A stretch of DNA of 64,000 bases, from assembly GCA_963832745.1 (NCBI GenBank), contig CAWHVC010000003.1, forward strand, positions 416,001-480,000, read 5' to 3'. The position numbers were made by a program, and so were the translations under genes. The first letter of the stretch is position 1. The number at the start of each line of letters is the position of its first letter. The stretch comes from Candidatus Bathyarchaeota archaeon. Its GTDB lineage: Archaea > Thermoproteota > Bathyarchaeia > Bathyarchaeales > Bathycorpusculaceae. The notes below the pieces were generated by a model. That model ran no database searches, was not told where the DNA came from, and saw only the letters and a list, made by a program, of their open reading frames with translations. Positions 1 through 9,977 of the stretch are shown here, one piece after another.

Positions 1-85
1 AGACACCATCTCGTCTGAACCAAGCGGCATTTTTCCCACACTTAAAAGATGAGCACGATGGTGAACAAGCTTTTGATTGAGCCAA
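1..85 (-). CDS. 5' part of a small Cys-rich hypothetical protein (runs off the window edge)
   Basis: Manual translation from TTG at 85 gives MAQSKACSPSCSSFKCGKNAAWFRRDGV...; a GAGGTG SD-like motif lies upstream. Confidence 0.4.
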   Translation of the reverse strand, partial: MAQSKACSPSCSSFKCGKNAAWFRRDGV

Positions 86-262
86 CAGATACACCTCAAG
101 TTGCTTTCAAAATCTAAAGCGTCAGTATTTTTTTGTATTCCTTAGCTTTTACCTTCCGTTAAACAAAATATAAACTTTATTGTAATTCAATCACGATTAG
201 GACATCACAATCCTTGAGGAGAAGAAACTGTTTAGGAAAGGAAACATTATAAAAACACGTTT

Positions 263-1258
263 ATGGTATCTATTGGCAATTCATCTTTGGAATGTGCCGT
301 ATTGGAACAAACAATTCCAGACCAGCTTGTAGCGACCCTGAAGAAACAAAAATATCACCTCATAGGCAACCATTCCGCAGTTAAACGCTGTAAATGGCTA
401 TATGAATCATTAGTTAACGGCAGAGTCTGCTACAAAGAAAAGTTTTACGGCATAAAAAGTCACCAATGCCTCCAAATGACCCCGTCACTGTACTACTGCA
501 CGCAGCAGTGCCTGTTTTGTTGGCGGGCTCAAAGCGGCGATTTGCAGGTTACATGGGACGAAATGAAACTGCCCCCGCTAAACCAGCCTGAAGAAATCGT
601 GACGGCAAGCATTAAGGCGCAAGAAAAAATTTTAAGCGGCTACAAAGGGCACCAAAGAGTGGATTGGCGCAAGCTTACCGAAGCCTATCAACCTAGAAAC
701 GTGGCAATCAGCTTAACAGGTGAACCTACACTTTATCCAAGCATCAGCGAGTTGCTTAGAACCTATAGTCAGAAGGGATTTACTACTTTTCTTGTTACAA
801 ACGGAACCCTTCCGGGCAGGTTGTCAAAATTAAGTCAGGAACCAACACAACTGTATATTTCCTTATGTGCGCCAAATGAGCAGGTTTACAAGCAGGTTTG
901 TCGTCCACTTATGCCTAACGCTTGGGGCTTTCTTAACGATTCTTTGGAGCTGTTTCAAAGCTTCAAATGCCGAACAGCACTGAGGATGACTCTTGTTAAA
1001 AACCATAACATGAGCAACATCGATCAGTACGCTAAACTGGTTGAGAAGGCCAATCCAACCTTTATCGAAGCAAAAGCATACATGCATATTGGTTTTTCGA
1101 ATTTGCGGCTGGGTTTTGACGATATGCCTAATCTTGAGGAAGTCAGGGCGTTTGCTGAAGCGTTGGCGGAGAAAACAGGCTACAGCGTGATAGATGAATC
1201 ATCAGATAGCCGTGTTGTTTTGCTTAGCCGCAAGGGTGCAAATAGCAAGCAAGCATAA
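263..1258 (+). CDS. taw1: 4-demethylwyosine synthase Taw1/TYW1 (radical SAM, tRNA-Phe G37 modification)
   Basis: HSAVKRCKW, CYKEKFYGIKSHQCLQMTP, CxxxCxxC (CTQQCLFC), SLTGEP and FIEAKAYMHIG motifs; true start may be a later TTG. Confidence 0.93.
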   Translation: MVSIGNSSLECAVLEQTIPDQLVATLKKQKYHLIGNHSAVKRCKWLYESLVNGRVCYKEKFYGIKSHQCLQMTPSLYYCTQQCLFCWRAQSGDLQVTWDEMKLPPLNQPEEIVTASIKAQEKILSGYKGHQRVDWRKLTEAYQPRNVAISLTGEPTLYPSISELLRTYSQKGFTTFLVTNGTLPGRLSKLSQEPTQLYISLCAPNEQVYKQVCRPLMPNAWGFLNDSLELFQSFKCRTALRMTLVKNHNMSNIDQYAKLVEKANPTFIEAKAYMHIGFSNLRLGFDDMPNLEEVRAFAEALAEKTGYSVIDESSDSRVVLLSRKGANSKQA

Positions 1259-1403
1259 TGCTCAGAAATTTAAGCGTTAAAATGCAAATAATTCATTTTA
1301 AACAGTTTTTTTACTTCGTTAAAAGTAGCTTTAGGATAAACTTAAATAGCAATTATACAGCCTAAATTAAACTAGGCATTTAATTTAGCGGTGGTGACGC
1401 TGG

Positions 1404-1601
1404 GTGGTAAGCGAAGGAAGAGGACGCTTGTTTAGAAGAAAGGATGGAAAATATTTAGTTTATATTCCCAAAGATCTCGCCGAGGACAGCATGTTCCCAT
1501 TCAAAGGTGCTGACTCAATATTTGTAAAAGTAAGCTTCACATTAGGAGACCATGAACTCGTAATTGAAGAATGGAAAGGTTCCGAGCAAACTGAAGAGTA
1601 A
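1404..1601 (+). CDS. small hypothetical protein, AbrB/SpoVT-like swapped-hairpin DNA-binding candidate
   Basis: GKYLVYIPKDLAED...VKVSF...ELVIE resembles the AbrB pattern; GGTGGTGA SD upstream. Confidence 0.55.
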   Translation: MVSEGRGRLFRRKDGKYLVYIPKDLAEDSMFPFKGADSIFVKVSFTLGDHELVIEEWKGSEQTEE

Positions 1602-1687
1602 GCCTCAAAAAGACTACCCCCAGTTTTTCTTATTTTTTTAAAACGGATAAATAAGAAGCCGCTTTAACTATTCTTAAAGGTGAAACC

Positions 1688-2314
1688 TTGGCTACCCTAA
1701 AAGCTGTCCTTGAAGAAGTAAAACAGGACTTAATGCAGAAAGACAAAATCCATGAAGAAACACATGAAGACATGCGTAAAGCAACCAGTCTATCCAAACA
1801 GGCAATCCTTCTGATTCATCAAAAAAAGCAGGCTGAAGCAGAAAAAATGCTCAATGAAGCAACACAAAAAATTGCCAACCTGCAAGTTTGCGCCAAACAG
1901 TACCCTGACATAATCTACAGCGGCATGTTTAGCGCTGCACTTCAAGAATACGCTGAAGCCAACATTTTCTTAACACTGATAAAAGAAAATAGATTTGTTA
2001 CGCCCAAAGAAATCAATGTACCCTCCATTGACTACACACTGGGCTTAGCGGACGTCGTAGGCGAATACAGGCGTTTAGCCCTTGATGCACTTAGGGAAGG
2101 AGACGCAAAAAAAGGGGAAGAATGCCTCAAAGTGATGGATGAAATCTTTATCGAACTACTCGCTCTTGATGAAGCATACATGCTCGTACCTGGATTAAGA
2201 CGAAAATCCGATGTTGCAAGAAAAATAATTGAGACAACACGCGGCGACATTACACAAGAAGTAAGACGCAAATCACTTGAAGACTACCTAAAACGTTTCG
2301 AGCCAACCAACTAA
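1688..2314 (+). CDS. translin/Trax family protein
   Basis: ALQEYAEA, DYTLGLADVVGEYRR and GLRRKSDVAR motifs. Confidence 0.9.
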   Translation: MATLKAVLEEVKQDLMQKDKIHEETHEDMRKATSLSKQAILLIHQKKQAEAEKMLNEATQKIANLQVCAKQYPDIIYSGMFSAALQEYAEANIFLTLIKENRFVTPKEINVPSIDYTLGLADVVGEYRRLALDALREGDAKKGEECLKVMDEIFIELLALDEAYMLVPGLRRKSDVARKIIETTRGDITQEVRRKSLEDYLKRFEPTN

Positions 2315-2730
2315 ACCCAAAAAGCAGACAAGAAAAGCGAAAACTTGAAAACCCAAGCAATTTTTCTATCCAAAAAGCCCGTCATATTCAAACTTGTTTA
2401 GCCCAAAAAGTAATCAAGCAAAACATCCGTCTACAGAAAATTCTAAATGTAAGCCCAATTTATGAATAACCCAATTATCAAGTTGTAAACCACAAACAGT
2501 GCCAGAAAGTTAAATTTTCGTGCATAATGTTGCCAGCTATAGTAATTTAAATTCAACGTAATATAGGGAAGTATTTAAGAAAAAAATTGGTAAAATAATA
2601 CTTATCGTTCATTTTAGCTGCATAAAAAATGCCTTTAGACTTGTTATAGCAAAAATTTATATATTGACTTACTTAAATACAATAAATATGTTTTCATGTA
2701 AAATTAATATAAAAAACGGAGAACTATAAG

Positions 2731-3133
2731 CTGAAAAAGATATTTTTAGGAGTATAGGTGTGACTTTAGTTGCAGTGTTGTCTTTGACTGTTTTTCCAGC
2801 ATTTGTGCAGGCGGCAGGACATCGATATGTAGAATACGGAGACAGTGCGACTTTAAGCTGGTCAATAAATTCGTGGGTTGATTGCTACTGGGACGACAAT
2901 TATGTCATCAATCAACCGCAATCAACCAAAGGTCATTATTCTTCGGCCAATGGTATTACGGTCTTCTGTACGGAAAATTTCTGGGACAATGCGGAAAACA
3001 GCTATACATTATATGGGAATGTTGTGAGGCAACATTTGACTCGCTCATCGGCGACACTTGGCATATCTACACAGAGGCTTGGTGTAGCCCCGCATACCCT
3101 CTATCATATGGTGGCGAGTGTAGATACTTTTGA
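2731..3133 (+). pseudogene. secreted ~130 aa Cys/Trp-containing protein, frameshifted
   Basis: Signal peptide ending ..PAFVQA. Removing an AT duplication at ~3064 joins ORF 2760 to GIYTEAWCSPAYPLSYGGECRYF*, whose TGA (3131-3133) overlaps the next TTG start. The start codon is uncertain. Confidence 0.5.
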
Positions 3134-4006
3134 TACGAAAGCCAATCTTAGCAGTGTTTTGCGCGCTGCTTTGCCTACTCCCCCTTCATTTTTCTTTTTC
3201 TGTAGCCAGCGCAATTAATGATCCTTTGCCTTCAACTTTTCACGTTACATTTCAAGGCTACATGCAAGCGCCCTCAGGCTCATCTTCAACTGATGATGCC
3301 CCAGTTTTGACCTTGCAATTCTTGAACGGAACAATTTATAAGGCTGAAACCACGCGTTTCACTTTCTCTATGGACGAATCACCAAAAGGCGAATGTATTG
3401 CAAAGTTTACACTCTTATTTGGCGATTTTTATGACGAAATATCTTTACCTGCAAGTGTTTCAAATGGTCGTGTTTTTATAGACTCCATTCCAACAGTATT
3501 TGTTGTTAGTCCAGATTCTTTAATCGATGATAACACTATTGAAATTTATCGAACAGAGAACATATCGCTCTCGGGCACTGTTTCAGGTGAAGGAAGACCA
3601 TCAACTTTAAATTGAGGATTATCACGTCTTTTCAAAAGTAGTTCGAGCTTCATACGAACAAACTGATTCAGGGATGTTTGTCTCGTCTCCTCTGTTAACT
3701 TTTGATTCAAAAACAGGTATACTTACTAGCGCTACAGGTCAATTTAGTGATGTGCTTTTAAACAAGTTAGGAGTGTCCTTTATTTTTGGCGGACTTTTTG
3801 ATTTACTGGATTATTCCGAAAATTTAAATTTCACTTTAGTACGCCTTTCTCCACCATTTGAGCTCATTATATTACCTGCAGTGGGAATATTGTTTGTTTT
3901 AGTAGTGTCGTTAGCCTATAGATCCACAAAAAAACGAAGAGCTGCAGGCAAATCCTACTCAAAAAATTCATTAAAATCCGCCACTCAGGATATAAAAAGA
4001 CGGTAG
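3130..4006 (+). pseudogene. secreted protein with C-terminal membrane anchor, split by a +1 frameshift at ~3610
   Basis: N-terminal signal peptide. Deleting one A in TTAAATTGAG gives a continuous ..TLIEDYHVFSKVVRASYEQTDSGMFVSSP..; ends in a TM helix plus basic tail. Confidence 0.65.
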
Positions 4007-4015
4007 GTACACGTT

Positions 4016-4942
4016 ATGGCCTCTGAAGTTATTGGTGAATTTAAGTCTGTGAAAAAGCGGTTTAATGCTACAGTGGCACTTGATAACCTTAGTATGAAAG
4101 TGTATCGGGGAATTAATGGATTGATTGGCCCGAATGGGGCCGGTAAAACAACGGCCATACGATTAAGTTTGGGGTTAATTAAGCCTGATGATGGTAAAGC
4201 CGAGTTATTTGGGTTTGATTGTTGGAGCAATTCTTATGCTGTTCGTCGTAAGGTAGGTGTTTTGTATGAAAAGCTTGCTTTTTATGATAATCTTTCTGGG
4301 CTAGAGCAGTTAAAGTTAATGGCTAAGCTAAAGGGTGTGGGTGAGCCTTTAATTGAGATTAAAGAACTTTTGAAGCTTGTTGAGCTTGACGAGACTGCTC
4401 ATGATAGACGGATTGGCGGTTACTCAGCAGGTATGCGCCAAAGACTTGGGCTTGCACAGGCGCTTTTGGGCAATCCAGAGCTTGTGATTCTAGATGAACC
4501 TACTGCTAATTTAGACCCATTGAATCGTACAAAGGTCCTTGAGCTTTTATCGGTTTTGAATAAAGAGAAGGGCACGTCTTTTTTGATTTCAAGCCACATA
4601 TTACCTGAGCTTGAAAAAGTGTGCAATACTTTTGTTTTAATGGATAAGGGTAAAATGTTGCGTCAGGGGTCAATAGAGCAAATGTTTGATAACTCTTCTT
4701 TAGTGAATTTTATTGTTAAGGTGAAACCTGTTGAACCTTTGTTGACTCTTTTGAAAGATGAAAAGTATGTTGAGAACCTGTTAGTGATTGATGATTCTTT
4801 GCATGTGACAGTGAATGATGCTGTGCTGTTTAAGCAGCGTTTGCCTTTGCTTATAAGTCAAGAGGGGTCTTCTTTGGATGAGTTTAAAATCGTAAAGTCT
4901 GATTTGGAGTCAATCTTTAGATCAGCCGTTGAGGGGGTTTAA
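4016..4942 (+). CDS. ABC transporter ATP-binding protein (ABC-2 / CcmA / BcrA-like exporter)
   Basis: Walker A GPNGAGKT, signature YSAGMRQR, Walker B ILDEPT, H-loop SSH. Confidence 0.95.
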   Translation: MASEVIGEFKSVKKRFNATVALDNLSMKVYRGINGLIGPNGAGKTTAIRLSLGLIKPDDGKAELFGFDCWSNSYAVRRKVGVLYEKLAFYDNLSGLEQLKLMAKLKGVGEPLIEIKELLKLVELDETAHDRRIGGYSAGMRQRLGLAQALLGNPELVILDEPTANLDPLNRTKVLELLSVLNKEKGTSFLISSHILPELEKVCNTFVLMDKGKMLRQGSIEQMFDNSSLVNFIVKVKPVEPLLTLLKDEKYVENLLVIDDSLHVTVNDAVLFKQRLPLLISQEGSSLDEFKIVKSDLESIFRSAVEGV

Positions 4943-4947
4943 AGAGT

Positions 4948-5778
4948 TTGTCGGTTAAAACAGGTTTGGCATTATTGAAAGCTGAGATGGGTAAAGTTTG
5001 GGGTAGACCGATATTGGAGATTACGATTGCCCTTATGGCTATATTGTCCGTTTCTTCAATCAGACCTTTTACTTATATTGTTGAACAATCTACTTCTTCA
5101 GCTTTTTTTCAATCTATGGTAGCAGAGGGTATTGGTGCTGCAGTAGTCTCGTTGATGTTGCCTTTGATACTTATGTGTGCGATTTTAATTTCTTTGTCTT
5201 TTGCTAGAGATTATGAGCAAGGGTTAATGCAGTCGCTTTTATCTTTGCCAGTATCGCGCAGATTACTTTTCACAACGAAGTTTATTGCAGTAATTCTACC
5301 ATTAAGCTTGCTTTCTTGGTTTTTTACATCCTTCTTCGCAGGAATTACTTTTTATTCAAACCCGTTGCTTGTTTTACAGCTTTCATTTATTGCTCTTCCT
5401 GTTTCACTATTATTTTTGATGTTTTGTGGAGGTATCAGTGTTTTAATTGCTTTAATGATAAAGCGTACCATACCCTCCGTGCTGGCGGGGATGCTTACAA
5501 ACTTTTTCTTCTGGTTCATAGCATCGGTAAACTCTAATTATGCAAACTCACTTGGAGAAGATTTTGCTAATTATTTGTGTTTAACACCTTATAAGGGATC
5601 GCTTGTCTTTTTGGATAAATTACTGGGTATAGAGAATAATGTAGCACCCTCATTTGTAAACTCACTCCAGAATAGTCTTTCGGTGGATAGTTTTGGTGTT
5701 TTATCGGTTTTTTATGCTTGTGTATTTGTCATTCCAACGTGTATTTATTTCTGCAGGAGGTTTGAAATACGCGAATAA
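4948..5778 (+). CDS. ABC-2 type transporter permease
   Basis: Multiple TM segments; SFARDYEQGLMQSLLSLPVSR..KF motif; directly follows the ATPase. Confidence 0.9.
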   Translation: MSVKTGLALLKAEMGKVWGRPILEITIALMAILSVSSIRPFTYIVEQSTSSAFFQSMVAEGIGAAVVSLMLPLILMCAILISLSFARDYEQGLMQSLLSLPVSRRLLFTTKFIAVILPLSLLSWFFTSFFAGITFYSNPLLVLQLSFIALPVSLLFLMFCGGISVLIALMIKRTIPSVLAGMLTNFFFWFIASVNSNYANSLGEDFANYLCLTPYKGSLVFLDKLLGIENNVAPSFVNSLQNSLSVDSFGVLSVFYACVFVIPTCIYFCRRFEIRE

Positions 5779-6321
5779 ATTTTTTAAGGATTGGTTTAAT
5801 TCTGATGATCCTTGGCGCATTCTTACCGTTTTATTTTTGGACCGCTCCCCTGCCAATATATGGATTAGCAAGTATTGGGACAGCCGAACCAAACGAAACT
5901 TGGAGTTATAGCAAATTTTTGCCTCCTGTTGGTGTAGGAACCATTAAGGTAGGATACAATTTAGAAACGGGTAGATCCTCCTCAGCTACGATCACGCGGA
6001 AGTAGTGCTGCCTATTCATTTGGTAGTTACTAGTCCGTCGAATGTGACTTTAGTTGACGTAGAGGGTGTTAAGCCACATTGGTTCAAATAAATTTTGAGC
6101 GTTGGGAACATGGTGTTCATTGAACAAACATGGCGATGAAATTCTGTGGAACATGCCGAATGGTAGAAATTTTCCAAGAGACAATAACGGTTGTAAATAG
6201 AGAAAATGACAAGTTTCTTATTAGCATAATTTTAACGGTAAGTGGATTAGTGCTTTTTTGTTTAGGCTTAATCACATCTTTATTTTCAAAAAGCAAAACG
6301 GATAGGTACAAAAAATTATAA
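5760..6321 (+). pseudogene. membrane protein with N- and C-terminal TM helices, multiply frameshifted
   Basis: Fragments LKYANKFFK / IGLILMILGAFLPFYFW.. / EVVLPIHLVVTSPSNVTLVD.. / ..FLISIILTVSGLVLFCLG..KKL* occur in successive frames. Confidence 0.45.
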
Positions 6322-6491
6322 TATATGTTAACTTCGGGGTTTACTAAGTCGTTTGGTGGTATTGCCAGTGGAGCAACGACGCTATTTTGTATCGGAAAAC
6401 AAATGGCAACCAAAGAACACAACCGTTTAACCGCCGATTTAGAGCAAAAATAATATCTTAAAGTTCACCTAACGCTATGCAGTGAAAAAAT

Positions 6492-6846
6492 ATGGCTGCA
6501 CAGGAAAAAACGGAAAACAGCGGAAATAACATTTAGTGATTTCGAAAAACTTGACTTAAGAATCGGCAAAATCATAGAAGCAACCCCTGTTCCAGAATCC
6601 AAAAAACTAATCAAAATCCAAGCAGACTTTGGCACTGAAAAACGCCAATGCATCGCCGGCCTACTCAAATATTACAAGCCCGAAGACTTGGTAGGCAAAA
6701 AATTTGTGTTTCTACTTAACTTGCAACGCCGTATGATTGCAGGGCTTGAATCACAGGCAATGATACTTGCCGCTGAAGATGCTGCAGGTACCGTGTCAGT
6801 GTTGCAGCCGGAAAAAGACGTTGCTGAAGGCAGCAAAATCGGGTAA
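6492..6846 (+). CDS. stand-alone tRNA-binding OB-fold protein (Trbp111/CsaA/MetRS C-terminal domain); apparent +1 frameshift near the start
   Basis: Missed by the ORF track. Manual translation: EITFSDFEKLDLRIGKIIEA..KKLIKIQADFGTEKRQCIAGL..NLQRRMIAGLESQAMILAA..GSKIG*. The ATG at 6492 is one base out of frame. Confidence 0.85.
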
Positions 6847-6950
6847 GCAGGCAACACATTTTTTGCCTGTTCCAATTTTTAGGTTTAGGAAAAGTAAATT
6901 AATTATTTAGTTGGGATATTGTTAGTAATTTATTGTGGAAGGTTACGTTA

Positions 6951-7955
6951 ATGGCAGTTAATGAAGAAGCACTGATGTGGGTAGAAAAGTACCGTCCAAA
7001 AACCTTAGATGACGTAGTGGATTTACACGACATCGTAGAAAGTCTAAAAGCGTTTATGAGAAACCCAAAAACCATGCCGCACCTAATGCTTGCAGGCATA
7101 CCAGGCACAGGAAAAACTACAACTGCCTTATGCATTGCGCACGAACTATTTGGCATCCAAAACTGGAGAAACTTTACTTTGGAGCTTAATGCTTCAGACG
7201 AAAGAGGCATCGATACAGTTCGTGAACGCGTCAAAGATTTTTCACGTTACAGTCGCGGCGCGTTTGGAGATGTACCCTTTGCACTGGTTATTCTTGACGA
7301 ATGTGACCAAATGACTGGACCTGCCCAGACCGCACTTAGACGCATAATGGAAACCAGCAGTCGCACCTCAAGATTTATCCTAATTTGCAATCAATCAAGC
7401 AAAATCATTGAGCCTATACAGAGCAGATGCGCGATTTTTCGGTTCTCACGCCTTGACCGAAACGCAATGAAAGAGCATCTTCTATGTATTGCTAAAAAAG
7501 AAAAAGTTGATATTTCACCTGAAGCAGCAGAAAGAATAGTTGACTATTCTGAAGGCGATCTGCGTCATGCAATTAACGCCCTTCAAACTGCAGCAGCATA
7601 CAAGGAAGGTGGCGCAATTGACGAAAAAGTTGTTTCCCAAGTTATAGGTGAAGCCAGCCCCAAACAGGTCCAACTTATGCTTAACAAAGCCATTAACGGG
7701 GACTTTATGGAAGCCCGAAAAATCATGTATGACATCATAGGCACTTACGGTTTTACAGGGGGAGAAATTATTCGTCAAATGCAGCGGGAACTTTTCAAAA
7801 TCAGCTACATAACTCCTGAACAGAAAGCTGAACTCAGCAACATTTTGGGAGAATATGATTATCGTCTTACACAGGGAGCAAACAATGACATTCAGTTAAG
7901 TGCGCTTTTAGCCCAATTTGTCAAAGTGGGTAAAACTCAAGGGGAAATCAGTTGA
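6951..7955 (+). CDS. rfcS: replication factor C small subunit
   Basis: WVEKYRP, GIPGTGKTT, ELNASDERGID, ILDECD, PIQSRC. Confidence 0.96.
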   Translation: MAVNEEALMWVEKYRPKTLDDVVDLHDIVESLKAFMRNPKTMPHLMLAGIPGTGKTTTALCIAHELFGIQNWRNFTLELNASDERGIDTVRERVKDFSRYSRGAFGDVPFALVILDECDQMTGPAQTALRRIMETSSRTSRFILICNQSSKIIEPIQSRCAIFRFSRLDRNAMKEHLLCIAKKEKVDISPEAAERIVDYSEGDLRHAINALQTAAAYKEGGAIDEKVVSQVIGEASPKQVQLMLNKAINGDFMEARKIMYDIIGTYGFTGGEIIRQMQRELFKISYITPEQKAELSNILGEYDYRLTQGANNDIQLSALLAQFVKVGKTQGEIS

Positions 7956-9178
7956 AAAACGACCTATGGGTCGAGAAGTACCGGCCAAGCACCATAAAGG
8001 ACGTCATTGGAAATGAAGAAGCGAAAGCTCTTTTTGTTGAATGGCTGGAAAATAAGCATCACACCAAAAAAGCAGTGCTACTTTACGGTCCTCCAGGCGT
8101 AGGTAAAACCACTCTTGTTAACGCCGCCGCTAATGAGTACAATTTTAGAATCATCGAAATGAACGCTAGCGACACCCGAACAGAAAAAGCCGTAAACCGC
8201 ATAGCTGGGCCAGCCACATCGTTTGTGGGTTTGGACAAGTTTTCCAGCGACGTCAAGGGCAACATGCTGTTTATGGATGAAGTCGACGGCATAGCAGGCA
8301 ATGAAGACCGTGGTGGAGTTAGTGCAATCATAAAAATTGTGGAAAACGCCCGCACTCCAGTTATAATGGCAGCCAACGACCCAGAACTTGACAAGCTGCG
8401 ACCGCTAAAAAAAGTTTGCCTGCTTATACGGTTCCAGCAAGTCCGCGTCCCACTAATTATAACGGCACTTAAGAGGATTTGCGAGCAGGAACACATTAAA
8501 TACGAGTTTGAAGCGCTTGAGAAAATCGCTTTGAACAGCCGTGGTGATGTGCGGTCGGCTATTAATGACTTGCAGGGTTTAAGTGAGGAAGGCAAAACCT
8601 TAACGCTGCAGGATACGTTGGCGTTGGGTCTACGAAACAAGGATATCAGCATGTATGATACTTTGAAGGGTTACTTTTCTGCAAAAAACCTCGCGGAAGT
8701 TTCAAGCCTTCTCAGTTATTCAAACGTTGACTATGATGACTTGCTTATGGCAGTCGGTGACAACATGCCCCGCCGCTACAGCGACCCCGTTGAACTTGCA
8801 GAAGCATACGATTATCTTTCTCAAGCAGACGTTTTCCGTGGAAGAGTCGGAACAGAAAACTGGCATTTGCTGAAGTACTTCTTTAACAATCTTGCTCAAG
8901 CAGCAGCGGTTAACCCTGAATCATATAAGCCATTTGAGTTTATTTCGCCGCCAATTAAAGTCATAACGCTGTTTTGGACCAAAGGTAAACGTACAATGCT
9001 AGCCAGCATCTGCGCAAAAATCGGTGCTCAATGCCATGTTAGCAAGTACGAAGCAAAAATGATTTTTGTACCATACCTTAAACTGATGCTGCAAAAGAAA
9101 AAGGCAAACGAGCTTATTGAATGGCTAAAGCTTACGTCTGAAGAAGTAACTTTCTTAACAGGTTTGAAAATGTTTTAG
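7952..9178 (+). CDS. rfcL: replication factor C large subunit
   Basis: WVEKYRP, GPPGVGKTT, EMNASD, MDEVDG, GDVRSAINDLQ; overlaps the rfcS stop. Confidence 0.94.
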   Translation: MKNDLWVEKYRPSTIKDVIGNEEAKALFVEWLENKHHTKKAVLLYGPPGVGKTTLVNAAANEYNFRIIEMNASDTRTEKAVNRIAGPATSFVGLDKFSSDVKGNMLFMDEVDGIAGNEDRGGVSAIIKIVENARTPVIMAANDPELDKLRPLKKVCLLIRFQQVRVPLIITALKRICEQEHIKYEFEALEKIALNSRGDVRSAINDLQGLSEEGKTLTLQDTLALGLRNKDISMYDTLKGYFSAKNLAEVSSLLSYSNVDYDDLLMAVGDNMPRRYSDPVELAEAYDYLSQADVFRGRVGTENWHLLKYFFNNLAQAAAVNPESYKPFEFISPPIKVITLFWTKGKRTMLASICAKIGAQCHVSKYEAKMIFVPYLKLMLQKKKANELIEWLKLTSEEVTFLTGLKMF

Positions 9179-9191
9179 GAGCACATGAAGG

Positions 9192-9530
9192 ATGGTTGTT
9201 TTAAATAAGAAGGGGTTTAAGCTCCCACGTGTCGAAAGAGAGAAATTTATTTTGCTGATACGGTTGGGATTGGATTATAACCGCGATAAAATGCTTTTCA
9301 GCATAAAAAATTACAATAATATTAACCAACTGCGTGATGCTTTACAGGACATTTTAAAATCTGAAATATTGTTCACCCAAACCTGTGTTGTATGCGGAAC
9401 AGATTTTGGTTGCAATACTTGCAAATATGCTGAGTCCTGCCCAACCAAGGATTTGCCGTTTAGCTGCGTCTGCTCTCAATGCCTTCGTCCCAAAAAGAAT
9501 GCACAACAATCGCTGCTTAGCGGATTCTAA
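9192..9530 (+). CDS. Cys-rich (zinc-binding) hypothetical protein with C-terminal PIP-box-like motif
   Basis: CVVC..CNTC..C..CVCSQC; ends QSLLSGF; 13 nt after rfcL. Confidence 0.7.
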   Translation: MVVLNKKGFKLPRVEREKFILLIRLGLDYNRDKMLFSIKNYNNINQLRDALQDILKSEILFTQTCVVCGTDFGCNTCKYAESCPTKDLPFSCVCSQCLRPKKNAQQSLLSGF

Positions 9531-9606
9531 TTTTTCATTAAAGTTCTGTTGGAAGAAAAATTTTTTACAGAAAAATTTAAGACCAGTAAACCCTATAGAA
9601 GTAGTT

Positions 9607-9918
9607 ATGTCTAGTGAGTTTGCTGATTATCTTGCGGACTTTTTGAAGAGGCAGGCAAAAAACTATAAAACTTACTTGTTGTCCGCGTTAGAAGCCCAAG
9701 ACCACTGTATCTCAATATTAGGTTCAAGTGGAGGAGTAATCAATGATTCTAAGGACATCCGCAATTTGGAGTTTCTTTGTGATGCAAAAATTTTTGAAGA
9801 GAAACTGCAGTTTTCAAGATCAGGTCGCAATGAATACAAGATTTTCTGTTTGACAGATTTAGGCGTAAAACTGGCTGAAGACTTAAAAAAAGATAATATA
9901 GTGACAATTCAGCCGTAA
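9607..9918 (+). CDS. hypothetical winged-helix-like protein
   Basis: ATG at 9607; LEFLCDAKIFEEK..YKIFCLTDLG resembles the wHTH recognition helix, wing and LTxxG motif. Confidence 0.6.
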   Translation: MSSEFADYLADFLKRQAKNYKTYLLSALEAQDHCISILGSSGGVINDSKDIRNLEFLCDAKIFEEKLQFSRSGRNEYKIFCLTDLGVKLAEDLKKDNIVTIQP

Positions 9919-9977
9919 ATAGTGGTTCACACCAACATTATCGGCTAAGGTTACTCTCTACATAGAAGTTAGGATTT

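Noticed and set aside
1610-1622. GACTACCCCC, a reverse-complement resemblance to the G-rich repeat core
   Set aside because: Only about 9 nt match with a mismatch in the core; could be chance
2315-2730. Long AT-rich intergenic region considered as a replication origin or CRISPR leader
   Set aside because: No ORB repeats, no adjacent cdc6/orc1 gene and no repeat-spacer array
3613-3615. In-frame TGA considered as selenocysteine or readthrough recoding
   Set aside because: The same frame hits another stop shortly after; a single-base indel explains the continuation better
9385-9606. N-terminal extension of the 177-aa ORF 9385-9918
   Set aside because: It overlaps the zinc-protein gene, and the paralog alignment supports the ATG at 9607
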